Below are positions 1 through 8,873 of a stretch of DNA of 64,000 nt, piece by piece (the first letter of the stretch is position 1; each line of letters opens with the position of its first letter). A program made the translations under genes and the position numbers. The notes under the pieces are model-generated. The model was not told the origin of the DNA and searched no databases. It saw only the letters and a list, made by a program, of their open reading frames with translations. Origin of the DNA: Candidatus Nanoarchaeia archaeon (lineage in GTDB: Archaea; Nanobdellota; Nanobdellia; SCGC-AAA011-G17; JAFCDX01); the NCBI GenBank assembly GCA_041651575.1, contig JBAZJB010000001.1:639286-703285 (forward strand), given 5' to 3'.

Positions 1-140
1 GCTTCTAAATTTTTATAATAAAGTTTATTTTCTTTTGCATCGGGTCTTAAATATTTTCCAGCACAAAAACCACAATTTCCATTACAACTTCCATTTCCAG
101 TTAAGGCAGATACACTGTAAATCTTTTCAATGCAAGCCAT
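1..140 (-). CDS. radical SAM enzyme, N-terminal 46 codons only (gene runs off the left edge)
   Basis: Not in the ORF track because it is partial. Minus-strand ATG at 140-138 follows a GGAGGTGA Shine-Dalgarno inside the end of the CYTH gene. Translation MACIEKIYSVSALTGNGSCNGNCGFCAGKYLRPDAKE carries a CX3CX2C cluster motif (CNGNCGFC). Confidence 0.45.
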   Translation of the reverse strand, partial: MACIEKIYSVSALTGNGSCNGNCGFCAGKYLRPDAKENKLYYKNLE

Positions 141-609
141 TTTCACCTCCTAACATTTCAAAATAAGATCTTTTTTCTATTGGATATTTTTCTAATCCTA
201 GGAAGTTTATTGTTTTTGAGATATCTTGTTCTTGACCTTCAATTTCTACATAATTTCCTATTGTAAGAATATCTAAGGAGACAGTACACCTATTTATTTT
301 ATAATCTGCCCTTTGTTTTTCATAAGTTAATAATTTCTTTAAACCAATTACTTCAAATAAAAGTTTTATTACTTCATGATTATAAGGTAGTTCTATTTCG
401 GTTTCTTCTCTTTTATTGAAATCACAAGGTTCATTTTTTCCTTTTATAGTTAATAAAATTCCGTTATCTAAAGTTCTATGCCTTATTATTTTATCTTCTA
501 AACCAAAGAAAACATTCTCTTGCTTGTAAAATTTGGGTTTACCTAATTTTTTAATTAAATTTTCTTTTTCTTCTTCAGATATTTTTATTTTGGCTTCTAT
601 TTCTTTCAT
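127..609 (-). CDS. CYTH-domain protein (triphosphate tunnel metalloenzyme / class IV adenylate cyclase-like)
   Basis: N-terminal EIEAKIKI matches the EXEXK signature of CYTH. Size is 160 aa. 4-nt overlap with the upstream ATPase gene. Confidence 0.75.
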   Translation of the reverse strand: MKEIEAKIKISEEEKENLIKKLGKPKFYKQENVFFGLEDKIIRHRTLDNGILLTIKGKNEPCDFNKREETEIELPYNHEVIKLLFEVIGLKKLLTYEKQRADYKINRCTVSLDILTIGNYVEIEGQEQDISKTINFLGLEKYPIEKRSYFEMLGGENGLH

Positions 610-1115
610 TTTATTTGCTCCAGAACATAATTTACTCTTTCTTCTATTGTTTTAAGAATAGGAATTCTTATTGGAGAATATCCGTGCTTTTCATATTGGT
701 TCCATATTTTTTGGTGTAGAATTACTGCTTCATCTTTACTTTTTTCTATTCTTTCTCCATCAAATACAAAAGGTAGCAAATCTGGGATTAATATTTTATC
801 ATATTTACAAAGACTTGCATAATATTCAAATTCTTCAGGTATATTTCCAAATATTTTTTCAGCATAAGCTAAAGTGTCTATAGAACCTCTATCTAAAAAT
901 ATAATTTTATTATTATCTAATCCTTCTTCCTGTTTAATTTGTCTTAATAATATTTCTTTTTCAAATTCAAAGTTTCCTATTGAAGAATCTGTATATCCTC
1001 TTTCCCTTATAATTTCTCTTGCTACTTCTCCCAATACAAAATGTCCTTTTTTCTTTAATTCATTAATTAATGTTGTTTTTCCAGAACACGAACCACCAGC
1101 TATCACACACTTCAT
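606..1115 (-). CDS. small P-loop ATPase / kinase-like protein (AAA_28, NadR-like)
   Basis: Walker A GGSCSGKTT near the N-terminus. Size 169 aa. Overall resemblance to NadR-type small nucleoside-kinase-like ATPases. Confidence 0.6.
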   Translation of the reverse strand: MKCVIAGGSCSGKTTLINELKKKGHFVLGEVAREIIRERGYTDSSIGNFEFEKEILLRQIKQEEGLDNNKIIFLDRGSIDTLAYAEKIFGNIPEEFEYYASLCKYDKILIPDLLPFVFDGERIEKSKDEAVILHQKIWNQYEKHGYSPIRIPILKTIEERVNYVLEQIK

Positions 1116-1218
1116 ACTATATAATGGACTTGTAATCTATATACTAATTTTTGTACAAAAGTTGTCCATAGTGTTGTATAAATAGAAACTCTTAAAAATA
1201 ATAAAATATTCATAAATT

Positions 1219-2058
1219 ATGCTTAGTTCAGAAGAAATTAAGAAAATAGAAGATTTTGTTTATTCTAAACCAAGATCTGTACAAGAAATAGCACAATTAC
1301 TCAATAAAAATTGGAGAACTGCAGATAGATATATACAAGAAATAGAAAAGAATTATGGAACTATTACTACAAGGATATTTAGAAAAGATACAAGGGGAGC
1401 ATTAAAAATAGTATATTGGGCTTCTGTAGAAAAGATAAGCAACTCTATTTTTCAAGAACAATTAGAACAAGAGGTAATGCAAGGCAAGGAAAAAGAAGAT
1501 TTTTCTGCTTTTGATATATACCAACATGTTTCAACCAAAAATAAAAAATTATATTCAAAAAAAGCAATAAATGAGGATGATGCAGGAAATTTAGATAAAT
1601 TTTTGGATATGCTAATGACAGCAAAAAAACAAGTTCTTTTCTTTTCTGGAAATCTTTCTTTTATACACACAAAAACAAAAACAAGAAGAATTTTTGATAT
1701 TATAGAACAATTAGTTAAAAAAGGAATTCCAATCAAAGTTATTTGCAGAATAGATATTTCTGGAAGAGATAATGTTGAGGAATTGCTTTCTTTGAATTTT
1801 AAATATAAAAAACAACTAATTGAAATAAGAAACAGGAAACAACCACTAAGAGCAACTATAATAGATAATGAAATAATTGATATAAAAGAAATAGTAGAAC
1901 CTACTGGAAAAGTTAAAGAAATAGATAAAAGATTATTTATATTTTATACTATCAGAGATAAGGAATGGGCAGAGTGGATGTCAAAAATATTTTGGAAAAT
2001 GTTTTCTCAATCCATAGGAGCAGAAAAAAGACTGGAAGAACTTAATAAGTTTAGATAG
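1219..2058 (+). CDS. winged-helix DNA-binding protein, TrmB-like architecture
   Basis: N-terminal HTH-like segment KPRSVQEIAQLLNKNWRTADRYIQEIEK followed by a larger C-terminal domain. Weak call. Confidence 0.35.
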   Translation: MLSSEEIKKIEDFVYSKPRSVQEIAQLLNKNWRTADRYIQEIEKNYGTITTRIFRKDTRGALKIVYWASVEKISNSIFQEQLEQEVMQGKEKEDFSAFDIYQHVSTKNKKLYSKKAINEDDAGNLDKFLDMLMTAKKQVLFFSGNLSFIHTKTKTRRIFDIIEQLVKKGIPIKVICRIDISGRDNVEELLSLNFKYKKQLIEIRNRKQPLRATIIDNEIIDIKEIVEPTGKVKEIDKRLFIFYTIRDKEWAEWMSKIFWKMFSQSIGAEKRLEELNKFR

Positions 2059-2091
2059 TTTTATATATCTTTCATTTTTTTAAACAACCTT

Positions 2092-4302
2092 ATGACAGAA
2101 TTAATACTAGCAGAAAAGCCAGATGCAGCTTCAAAAATAGCAGAAGCTTTGTCAGATGGAAAACCAGAAAAACATATTTATAAAAAAGTTCCTTATTATG
2201 AAATTACTCACAAAAAGAAAAAAATATTTGTTTGTTCTGCAGTAGGTCATTTGTTTGGATTATATGAAAAAGACAAAAAAGCTTGGACTTATCCAGTATT
2301 TAGTTATGAATGGGTCCCAATATACAAATCTTCTAAATTCGCAGCATTTACAAAACCTTATCTTGATTTATTAAAAAAATTAGGAAAAGAAGCAGATACT
2401 TTTGTAAATATGTGTGATGTAGATACCGAAGGAGAAGTTATTTTTAAAAATGTTAATAGATTTATTTTTGAAAAAGATGATGCTAAAAGAGCTTATTTCT
2501 CAACTTTAACAAAACAAGATTTAGTAAAAGCATATGAAGAAGCAAAACCACATCTAGATTTTAATTTAGCAGAAGCAGGAGAAGCAAGACATTGTTTAGA
2601 TTGGTTATATGGTATTAATTTATCAAGAGCATTAACACTTTCTATAAAAAATGCAACCAAATCTTTTAAAATTATGAGTTCTGGTAGAGTTCAAGGTCCT
2701 GCATTGTATTTATTATATCAAAGAGAACTAGAAATTAAAAAATTCAAGCCAGAACCTTATTGGGAAGTATCTCTTTGTGGTAAATTAAAAACTACTTTAA
2801 TAGAAGCCTTCCATAAAAAAGGAATTTTCAAAAATAAGAAAGATGCAGAAGAAATAATTAAAAAAACTAAAGGAAAAGAAGCATTTATTTCAAGTATAAC
2901 TAAAAGAGAAATTAAACAAGAACCATTATTACCTTTTGACTTGACAAGTTTACAATTAGAAGCGTATAAAACTCTTGGTTTAAGTCCAAAAACAACTTTA
3001 GAAATTGCCCAAAATCTTTATACAGGTTCTTATATTTCTTATCCTAGAACTTCTTCACAAAAATTACCAAAATCAATTGGTTATGAAGAAATTTTAAAGA
3101 ATTTAAAGAAAAGATTTCCAACAGAAGTCAATTTCTTATTAGCTAAAAAAGAATTAAAACCTACAGAAGGTAAAAAAGATGATCCAGCACACCCAGCAAT
3201 ATTTCCAACAGGAGAATTGCCTGGAAAATTAGATCCAAGAGCTGAAAATGTATATGAATTGATTGTAAGAAGATTTTTTGTTTGTTTTGGAGATCCTGCT
3301 ATAAGAGAATCAGTAACTTATGAAATAAATTGCAATGATGAATTATTTAGTTTATCTGGAACAACTACTAAAGTAAAAGGATGGCATGAATTATATGGAA
3401 AATTTGTTAAATTAAAAGAAGAAGAATTGCCTTTAGCTAAAGAAAAAGATGAAATTAAAACTCCTAAGACAAAAATCTATGATAAAGAAACTACCCCCCC
3501 TAATAGATACTCAGAAGCATCTTTAATTAAAGAATTAGAAAAAAGAAATCTAGGAACTAAGGCTACAAGAGCAGAAATTATCTCTACTTTATATGATAGA
3601 AATTATGCTAAAGAAAAATCCATTGAAGTTACTAATTTAGGAATGAAAACAGTAGAAACTCTTGAAAAATATTGTCCTGAAATATTAGATGAGAATTTAA
3701 CAAGACAATTTGAAGAGGAAATGGAAGAAATTCGTGAAGGAAAGATAAAAAAAGAAAAAGTTCTTGATGGAGCTAAAAAAGCTTTAACTAAAATATTAGA
3801 TCATTTCAAGGAAAATGAATTAAAAATTGGAAAATTACTTGCAGAAGCAAATATAGAAACAAGAATAGAAGAATCTACCTTAGGTCCTTGTCATGTATGT
3901 AAAAAAGGAAATTTAGAATTAAGAAAAGGTAAATTTGGTAATTTTGTTGCTTGTAATCAATATCCTGATTGTAAAACTACATTCTCTTTACCTTCTGGAT
4001 TTATTAAACCAGCAAAACAAACTTGTGTTAAATGTGGATTCCCAATGGTTATGATAATTAAAAAAGCTAAAAGACCTCAGATAATGTGCATTAATCCTGA
4101 ATGTGAAACAAGACAGGCAGACAAAGAAACAGAAAAGATAGTAAAAGATTATGAATCTGGAAAATTAAAAAAAGAATGTCCTAATTGTAAATCTCCATTA
4201 ATAGTTAGAAAAGGATTTTATGGTTATTTCTTGGCTTGTCCAAAATATCCTAAATGCAAGCATGCAGAATCCTTAATTGTTAAAATAAAAGAAGACAAAT
4301 AA
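2092..4302 (+). CDS. topA: type IA DNA topoisomerase (Topo I/III) with C-terminal zinc ribbons
   Basis: TOPRIM start LILAEKPDAA, active-site region YISYPRTSSQKL, and several C-terminal CxxC...CxxC zinc ribbons (CHVCKKG, CNQYPDC, CVKCGF, CPNCKS, CPKYPKC). Confidence 0.9.
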   Translation: MTELILAEKPDAASKIAEALSDGKPEKHIYKKVPYYEITHKKKKIFVCSAVGHLFGLYEKDKKAWTYPVFSYEWVPIYKSSKFAAFTKPYLDLLKKLGKEADTFVNMCDVDTEGEVIFKNVNRFIFEKDDAKRAYFSTLTKQDLVKAYEEAKPHLDFNLAEAGEARHCLDWLYGINLSRALTLSIKNATKSFKIMSSGRVQGPALYLLYQRELEIKKFKPEPYWEVSLCGKLKTTLIEAFHKKGIFKNKKDAEEIIKKTKGKEAFISSITKREIKQEPLLPFDLTSLQLEAYKTLGLSPKTTLEIAQNLYTGSYISYPRTSSQKLPKSIGYEEILKNLKKRFPTEVNFLLAKKELKPTEGKKDDPAHPAIFPTGELPGKLDPRAENVYELIVRRFFVCFGDPAIRESVTYEINCNDELFSLSGTTTKVKGWHELYGKFVKLKEEELPLAKEKDEIKTPKTKIYDKETTPPNRYSEASLIKELEKRNLGTKATRAEIISTLYDRNYAKEKSIEVTNLGMKTVETLEKYCPEILDENLTRQFEEEMEEIREGKIKKEKVLDGAKKALTKILDHFKENELKIGKLLAEANIETRIEESTLGPCHVCKKGNLELRKGKFGNFVACNQYPDCKTTFSLPSGFIKPAKQTCVKCGFPMVMIIKKAKRPQIMCINPECETRQADKETEKIVKDYESGKLKKECPNCKSPLIVRKGFYGYFLACPKYPKCKHAESLIVKIKEDK

Positions 4303-4378
4303 ATTTTATTAAATAAATGTTACTTCTTTGTAATAGTTACAAATAGTAAACTTTATAAACTTGTAGCCACCTTATTTT

Positions 4379-4948
4379 ATGTTTAAAATGGTAATACATA
4401 AGGAAATTATTATTGAACTGGAAAGAGTATTAAAAAGAAAATACCCTGCGCTTAAAAAATTAGATATAGAAAATGATCCATTTGGGGGGTTATTTGGGAT
4501 TTATCCAGGATTAACAGGCACCCAATATGAAGGAGAGATAAATCTTTCTCCTAAATTAAGTTTATATGATTTATTGACAAATACCGCTCATGAATTATTA
4601 CATACAGAACAAAAACATAAAGAAAATGATTTAAAAATTTATTATAGATATACGGATGAAATAGGAGCTAAACTATTAGAAAATAACAGGATGCTACAAA
4701 TCTTAAGGTATATAAGAAAAGAGGCTCCTGAGTTATATGAAAAAATAAATAGATCTTTCGGTTCTTTTAAAAAAGATTCAACTCTTTCTCAAAAAATAGG
4801 GATTATATTAAAGAGTAGATCTTGGATGACGAGTAGACCTTGTATTAATGATCATTTAAAAAATTATGGAAAAATAGGGGAACAAGGTTTATTGCCTGAT
4901 GGAAAAAATAAGCTAAGTGATTTTATTATCTTTAAAATAAAAGAATGA
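4379..4948 (+). CDS. hypothetical protein with HExxH-like motif (HELLH)
   Basis: 189-aa ORF with TAHELLHTEQ. 4-nt overlap with the next ORF. No family recognised. Confidence 0.35.
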   Translation: MFKMVIHKEIIIELERVLKRKYPALKKLDIENDPFGGLFGIYPGLTGTQYEGEINLSPKLSLYDLLTNTAHELLHTEQKHKENDLKIYYRYTDEIGAKLLENNRMLQILRYIRKEAPELYEKINRSFGSFKKDSTLSQKIGIILKSRSWMTSRPCINDHLKNYGKIGEQGLLPDGKNKLSDFIIFKIKE

Positions 4949-5316
4949 AATTTTTAGAAGAACTTAAAAAATTGAATTTGCCTAAGGATAAATATGCTAT
5001 TTTTGGTTCTGGTGTTTTAGCTGCTCATGGAATAAGAGAAAATAAAGATCTAGATATAATTGCTAAAAAAGATTTATTCAAAGAACTTAGTAAAAAATAT
5101 GAATTAAATGAAAAAGGTGCTGTTAAAATTGGAGAAATTGAGATTTTTATCTATTGGCCACCATTTAAGGAATTAGATTCATTGATTGATGATGCAGAGA
5201 TTATTAATGGAATAAGGTTTGTTAAATTAGATAAGGTTGTTGAATGGAAAAAATACAGAAATAATGAGAAAGACCAAAACGATATTAAATTAATAAATAA
5301 ATTTATAAAGGGATAA
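4945..5316 (+). CDS. minimal nucleotidyltransferase-fold protein (Pol-beta superfamily)
   Basis: FGSGVLAAHGIRENKDLDII matches the G-S...D-x-D NTase signature. 123 aa. Confidence 0.5.
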   Translation: MKFLEELKKLNLPKDKYAIFGSGVLAAHGIRENKDLDIIAKKDLFKELSKKYELNEKGAVKIGEIEIFIYWPPFKELDSLIDDAEIINGIRFVKLDKVVEWKKYRNNEKDQNDIKLINKFIKG

Positions 5317-5359
5317 TTTTCTGCGAAGGTTTTAAATATTTTTTTATTGTAACTTATTT

Positions 5360-5761
5360 ATGAGAGAGTTTCAATTTAAAGGATATTATTTATATTCAGG
5401 AAGGATTGGGGATTTAACTGGAAAACTAAATTTACATTCTAAAAACAATTTTAAAGGAATAATTACAGCTCATATGTCTGGATCCCCAGAACAACTAATT
5501 TTAGGAGAAATAGCAGTCGCAAAAGAAAAAACACATTTAGCCTTTTTTAAATTTCCACCCAATGAAGGTTTAGCAAATTTACTTTACGTTTTATCTAAAG
5601 AAGGAAATAAAACCTTTGAAGGAAAGTATACTGGTAGATGGAGTGCTTTACCCTATAAAATCCATATCCACAATGAAAAGATTGGATTAATCTTGGCTTC
5701 TGTAGATCCAAAAGTTATGGGTATAGGAGATTATGCAGAATTAACTCTTTCAACAAAATAA
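5360..5761 (+). CDS. hypothetical protein
   Basis: 133-aa ORF with a TATA-like box upstream. No recognisable motif. Confidence 0.4.
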   Translation: MREFQFKGYYLYSGRIGDLTGKLNLHSKNNFKGIITAHMSGSPEQLILGEIAVAKEKTHLAFFKFPPNEGLANLLYVLSKEGNKTFEGKYTGRWSALPYKIHIHNEKIGLILASVDPKVMGIGDYAELTLSTK

Positions 5762-5800
5762 TTAAATAGATTTATATATTTTTCTTATATAAGTAAATTA

Positions 5801-5834
5801 AGAGGTGTAAGGCCTCAGATTTAGTTCTGAGATA
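5801..5834 (+). promoter_or_regulatory. conserved leader element, copy A (AGAGGTGT + CTCAGA/TCTGAG hairpin), upstream of ORF 5842
   Basis: AGAGGTGTAAGGCCTCAGATTTAGTTCTGAGAT. Near-identical architecture at 47149-47180. Two mutually exclusive pairings are possible: GAGG:CCTC and CTCAGA:TCTGAG. Confidence 0.4.
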
Positions 5835-5841
5835 TTTAAAA

Positions 5842-6189
5842 ATGGTAAACTCTTATTTTGAAATTGAAGGCAAGGATAAAAGAGAAGAAGCTATTAAGAA
5901 ATTAATTCTTGATAATATGTGTCAAAAAGAAGCAGCAGGTCTGCAAGAAAGAATTTTTAAGATTGTAGAATGTTTTGAAGGAAGAGATTTAGATGCTTTA
6001 TCCGTTTTAATACATGCTGCTGAACAAGGAAAAACAGAAGAATTTCTAAAAGAATTAGAGTCTCACTACAAAGATAATTTACAATATATTCATCCAGAAG
6101 CTAGGAGAATGATTACAATCCCTGGAGCAGTGAGAGCAGAAAGATTTATTTTAGATCTTTATGAAAAATTAGGAGGTAAACCAAAATAA
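5842..6189 (+). CDS. hypothetical protein
   Basis: 115-aa ORF. Unusually for this window it has a leader of about 40 nt. Confidence 0.45.
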   Translation: MVNSYFEIEGKDKREEAIKKLILDNMCQKEAAGLQERIFKIVECFEGRDLDALSVLIHAAEQGKTEEFLKELESHYKDNLQYIHPEARRMITIPGAVRAERFILDLYEKLGGKPK

Positions 6190-6191
6190 AA

Positions 6192-6590
6192 ATGAACTAC
6201 TCTAAAAAAATAAAATTAGCAACTGCAGTAAGTTATATTGCTTTAGGCATAGGTTGTTTTTCTGTTTATGGTTCAATTAAATATGCTCCAAAAAAACCAG
6301 AAAGTGTATTAAAAGTACAAAAATTAGAGGCAGAATTAAATGCTCCTATTAAATCTGTTAAATTAAATGATTTCAATTCTCTTGCAAATAGAGTAGAACA
6401 ACTTAATGAGGAATTACAAACAACAAAAAATTCTCCAGTATATAAAGAACAATTAAAAGAATACGAAGATAAAAAAAATAAGAATGATATATTTTTTCCT
6501 TTGGCTATACTTGGTTTTGGTGGTGTGATGTTATCTGCGCTTTATAAAAACCTTTTAAAAATAAATAAAGAAGATTTAGAACGTATTTAA
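6192..6590 (+). CDS. membrane-anchored coiled-coil protein (two hydrophobic segments)
   Basis: Hydrophobic stretches ATAVSYIALGIGCFSVYG and FFPLAILGFGGVMLSALY flank a charged helical segment. Confidence 0.45.
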   Translation: MNYSKKIKLATAVSYIALGIGCFSVYGSIKYAPKKPESVLKVQKLEAELNAPIKSVKLNDFNSLANRVEQLNEELQTTKNSPVYKEQLKEYEDKKNKNDIFFPLAILGFGGVMLSALYKNLLKINKEDLERI

Positions 6591-6658
6591 GAAATTAAAA
6601 AAGAAAATGAAAAATTTAAAAAACTGTGTTCAGAAAAGCTTAAAGAATTAGAATAGTT

Positions 6659-7261
6659 CTAAATAACTCTAATACCTTCTTTCACAATATCATAAACAAC
6701 TTCTTTGTTAGAACTTTTAAAAATTAATTTCTTTGGTCCAGAAGGATTATATGGACTCATTTTTAATTCTATTAATTCATCTGCATATCTTGATTGTATC
6801 TCATGACCAACCATTTTTATTTCATTTGTTGCAGGATTTGCATAAACTTGGTTTAAAATTAAAATAGGAGTAATTTCTGATAGTCTTTTTATTGTATTTA
6901 ACTGATTTATTAACATTCTATGGGCTAAATCTGGTTTTGAATTTGTTAAAGATCTATAATGATTATTTAGACTATCAAATACTATTAATCCAAAATTATT
7001 TTTCATATTGTTTAATTCATTAATTTTAATTTGCTGATCTTTGAAATTAGCAACTTTTAATACAAATAAATTATCTAAATTAATGTCTTTTCCTCCAATT
7101 TGTTTTAATCTATCTATGGATAATGTTCTTTCTGTATCAATATACATTACTTTTTTACCTAATTTTAATTTGTTAATAACTTGATGTATAGCAAAAGTAG
7201 TTTTACCAGAACCAGCAGGACCGTAAGCTATTGTAATACCTCTATCTTTTATTATTTCCAT
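6659..7261 (-). CDS. RecA-superfamily ATPase (RadB / KaiC-like)
   Basis: Walker A GPAGSGKTT and Walker B-like LIVFDS. I prefer the internal ATG at 7261 (MEIIKDRG...), which has a TATA box (CTATTTAAAT) about 25 nt upstream, over the track start 7351, which overlaps the upstream gene. Confidence 0.55.
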   Translation of the reverse strand: MEIIKDRGITIAYGPAGSGKTTFAIHQVINKLKLGKKVMYIDTERTLSIDRLKQIGGKDINLDNLFVLKVANFKDQQIKINELNNMKNNFGLIVFDSLNNHYRSLTNSKPDLAHRMLINQLNTIKRLSEITPILILNQVYANPATNEIKMVGHEIQSRYADELIELKMSPYNPSGPKKLIFKSSNKEVVYDIVKEGIRVI

Positions 7262-7283
7262 AAAATAAGTGTAATTAGTAAAT

Positions 7284-7871
7284 TTAAATAGATTTTGATG
7301 GCATAATGTATAATATATCATCCCAAGTATTAACACGAAAAACTCTCTCATAATTTTCTGATTGTTTATTCCAAGGTTTATCCAATAATATTGAGATTAT
7401 TCCTTCTTTAGAACAGTCCAAAGCATAATGTAAATTATCTTCTATGATAATGTTTACACCTAGTTTTTTACAAATTTCAGATTTTTTTACATTTCCATTA
7501 TTTGCTGAAAAATCATTACTAAAATAAATTTCTGAAAAAGAGTTTGGATAATATTTATTAATCCATTTTTCTGTATGAGCACGAAGGTTATCCCATCTAG
7601 AAGTAACTATAATTAAATTGTGTTTATTTTTTAATATATTTATTGCTTGTTGTGCACCAGGAATAGGTTTTATGTCTTCAGAATAACCTTTTTTAAAAAA
7701 ATCATCTACAATTTGTATGGCTTCCTGTTTAGTTCCACCCCAAACTTCCCAAAAGTCATAACAATGAAATTGATCTATTTTTAAATCTTTATGATTTAAT
7801 TTATTATAATAAGTTAAGACAGGAAATAAAAATTCTCCAAGAACCTCGTCTAAATCTACAGCAATTTTCAT
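7284..7871 (-). CDS. HAD-superfamily 5'(3')-deoxyribonucleotidase-like protein
   Basis: MKIAVDLDEVL matches the DxDxV HAD motif I. Size and layout resemble the NT5C family. Confidence 0.6.
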   Translation of the reverse strand: MKIAVDLDEVLGEFLFPVLTYYNKLNHKDLKIDQFHCYDFWEVWGGTKQEAIQIVDDFFKKGYSEDIKPIPGAQQAINILKNKHNLIIVTSRWDNLRAHTEKWINKYYPNSFSEIYFSNDFSANNGNVKKSEICKKLGVNIIIEDNLHYALDCSKEGIISILLDKPWNKQSENYERVFRVNTWDDILYIMPSKSI

Positions 7872-7924
7872 ATCTTTTACTCTTACTATAAATTTAAATA
7901 GATTCTGAAGCTAAAACATATAGG

Positions 7925-8290
7925 ATGAAAGCATTATCTTTAAAACAACCTTGGGCTGAATTAATTTTACAAGGAAAGAAAACAATAGAACTTAGAAAAT
8001 GGAAGACCAAGTTTAGAGGAAAGTTTTACATTCACGCTTCTGGAAGTATAGATGATAAATCAATGGAAAGGTATAATTTTAAAGATTTGCCAAAAAAATC
8101 ACTAGTTGGAACAGCAGAACTTGTTGAGGTTATAACTTATACTAACAAAAAAGAATTTTTAAAAGATAAAAATAAACATTTGGCTTTAACAGATGAATGG
8201 GGAAAGTATGGTTTTGTATTAATTAATATAAAAAGAATAAAGCCTATTCCATATAAAGGACAACTTAATTTCTTTGAAGTAAAAGAGTAA
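7925..8290 (+). CDS. ASCH (PUA-like) domain protein
   Basis: MKALSLKQPWAELILQGKKTIELRKW is the typical ASCH N-terminus. 121 aa. Confidence 0.7.
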   Translation: MKALSLKQPWAELILQGKKTIELRKWKTKFRGKFYIHASGSIDDKSMERYNFKDLPKKSLVGTAELVEVITYTNKKEFLKDKNKHLALTDEWGKYGFVLINIKRIKPIPYKGQLNFFEVKE

Positions 8291-8339
8291 ACTTTCGCAA
8301 GATTTATATATAAGTTGTGTATACACAGAAGTGTATACC

Positions 8340-8873
8340 ATGAAAGATATATTTGATTCAAAGGTTTTGTGTGAAAAGTGTAATACTTTAACTACAAAGA
8401 AAACTATGGTTAAAGATGGTTTTCAAATTAGAATTCTAGAATGTCCTAAATGTGGTAATATATTATTCCATCCTGTTGATGTAGAAAAATACAACGAATT
8501 CAATAGAATAAAGAAAAAGCAATTCAATGTTAAATTAAGAATGGTTGGTAATTCTTATACAGTATCTATTCCTAAAGAAATTATAGATTTTTTCAATGAG
8601 GAAGAAGAGCAAAAAGATCCTTTTGAACAAATTCATAAGAAAATGAAGGAAGATATGGAAAGAATGAATAGAATGGTTACCTTAGCGTTTAAAGAAGCAA
8701 ATACTTTATCCTTGAATTTTGGTCCTGAAGGAAATTATGAAAGAACAATTGAAAAAGATGGAAACATTGTTACTGAAAAAGCAGAAACTAGAAAGCTACC
8801 AAATGGATTTATTACAAAAAAGATTAGATTAATAAAGTCAAACAAAAACAAAAAGGAACTTGAAAATGAGTGA
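8340..8873 (+). CDS. zinc-ribbon plus AbrB/SpoVT-like domain protein
   Basis: CEKC...CPKCG zinc ribbon followed by [19 protein letters not shown] (SpoVT/AbrB-like swapped hairpin). The ATG at 8340 sits about 30 nt after a TATA box; the track start 8331 is a GTG. Confidence 0.45.
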   Translation: MKDIFDSKVLCEKCNTLTTKKTMVKDGFQIRILECPKCGNILFHPVDVEKYNEFNRIKKKQFNVKLRMVGNSYTVSIPKEIIDFFNEEEEQKDPFEQIHKKMKEDMERMNRMVTLAFKEANTLSLNFGPEGNYERTIEKDGNIVTEKAETRKLPNGFITKKIRLIKSNKNKKELENE

